A stretch of DNA of 64,000 nt from Lama glama. Lineage: Eukaryota. Shown piece by piece: positions 63,190 to 64,000 of the stretch. The translations under genes were made by a program, and so were the position numbers. The stretch is taken from positions 57,228,001 to 57,292,000 of the forward strand of contig CM052817.1 in the NCBI GenBank assembly GCA_028534125.1, written 5' to 3'. Positions within the stretch are counted from its first letter, which is position 1. Each line of letters opens with the position of its first letter. A model generated the notes under the pieces. The model was not told where the DNA came from, did no database searches, and saw only the letters and a list, made by a program, of their open reading frames with translations.

Positions 63190-64000
63190 GTTTCGGCAGC
63201 GGCTCACACAGGCTCCTGGTGCGCCAATCCTATGTCTGCCAAGGTCCACGGCCACAGCAACTAAAAACACACTGTCTCGTTGCTCCAGGGGTCAGCTGTC
63301 CCCCTGACAGGGCTTGGCGGCAGCCAGGGACCCAGCAGTCTTCTCAGGAGACCGTCACTACCCTTACCTGGAGTGGCTCCACTGAAGAACGGCCTCAGGG
63401 CATTCCTGTCTCTTTCTGCCCCAGCCCCAGTGCTGGCAGTCTATGACGGAGCACCTGCTTTCTCCACCGAGCCCCTCAATCCGGGAACGTTCTCTTCTCC
63501 TGAACACCGCAGGAGACGCTCGCGCGGCCTGGTCGGGGCAGGTGAAATGTGGGGTTCCCCAGAAAGGAAGCAAGGCACGCTGGAGCCTTCAGGGTGCACT
63601 CTGTGGCTATGAATGGGAGAGGATAGGGAAAGTAAGGCTGAGTCCAGACAGCAGGGCAGAAAGAGGAGGGCTCGGTTGCGGTAAACGTCCAGGGAGGCTG
63701 GACAAATGGCGGAATCCAGGCCAAGACAGTGCCGCCTCCTCTTCCCACAGGAAGCCCGATCTCGCGAGATTTCGGGGTTCGCAGGGGCGGGCGGGAGAGT
63801 CCCGAGAGGAGAAACACCCAAGTGCCAGAGGCGCCTTGTCCTAGACGTGTCGGTAAAGTGTCTGGCTCATGCTGCTTCTCAGACAAACCCTGATCCTTAT
63901 GGACACTGCCCTACTCTGCCCCCTGCCATCCCCCTCCACTCAGTTGGTCGCAGTGCTATGGCGGAGGACCCCAAGGGCTAGTTTGGGTGTAGGAGACCAG
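63190..64000. promoter_or_regulatory. CpG-island-type promoter, probably bidirectional; runs off the window end
   Basis: Abrupt rise in GC and CpG content. TCTCGCGAGA 63760-63769; GGGGCGGG 63784-63791; caaatggcgg 63703-63712; CCAAT 63224-63228; minus-strand donor CAG|GTAAGG after 63368. Confidence 0.85.

Noticed and set aside
63219..63981. Overlapping 69-136 aa ORFs
   Set aside because: Expected in GC-rich DNA with few stop codons; no recognisable protein.
1..64000. Naming the host locus or gene
   Set aside because: No peptide or promoter sequence that I could recognise with confidence.

Overview
Mammalian (eutherian) genomic DNA, most likely camelid: it carries a Vic-1-like tRNA-derived SINE at 58669-58757 and cetartiodactyl-type L1 3' ends, and I saw no Alu, Bov-A, PRE1 or SINEC. 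The window is AT-rich and dominated by interspersed repeats: L1 of several ages, L2, MIR, CR1/L3, MLT1/LTR16/LTR33/MER41-like LTRs, MER20 and MARNA. It has one 500-N assembly gap. I recognise no intact known protein-coding gene; nearly all ORF-track entries are L1 remnants or chance ORFs. There are two non-repeat signals. (1) A CpG-rich promoter at ~63.2-64 kb has a perfect TCTCGCGAGA (BANP) palindrome, a GC box, a YY1-like motif and a minus-strand splice donor. (2) About 10 minus-strand exon-like segments lie between ~3.4 and ~13.8 kb, mostly with good splice sites and largely compatible phases but also stops and frameshifts; they suggest a decayed multi-exon gene. Other notable items are a probable full-length young L1 hidden in the gap, a MER41-like LTR with an intact GAS motif, a ~155-bp duplication flanking a 506-bp insert, a scrambled L1 and nested insertions. 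Repeat subfamily names come from recalled consensus sequences, and most repeat boundaries are approximate.
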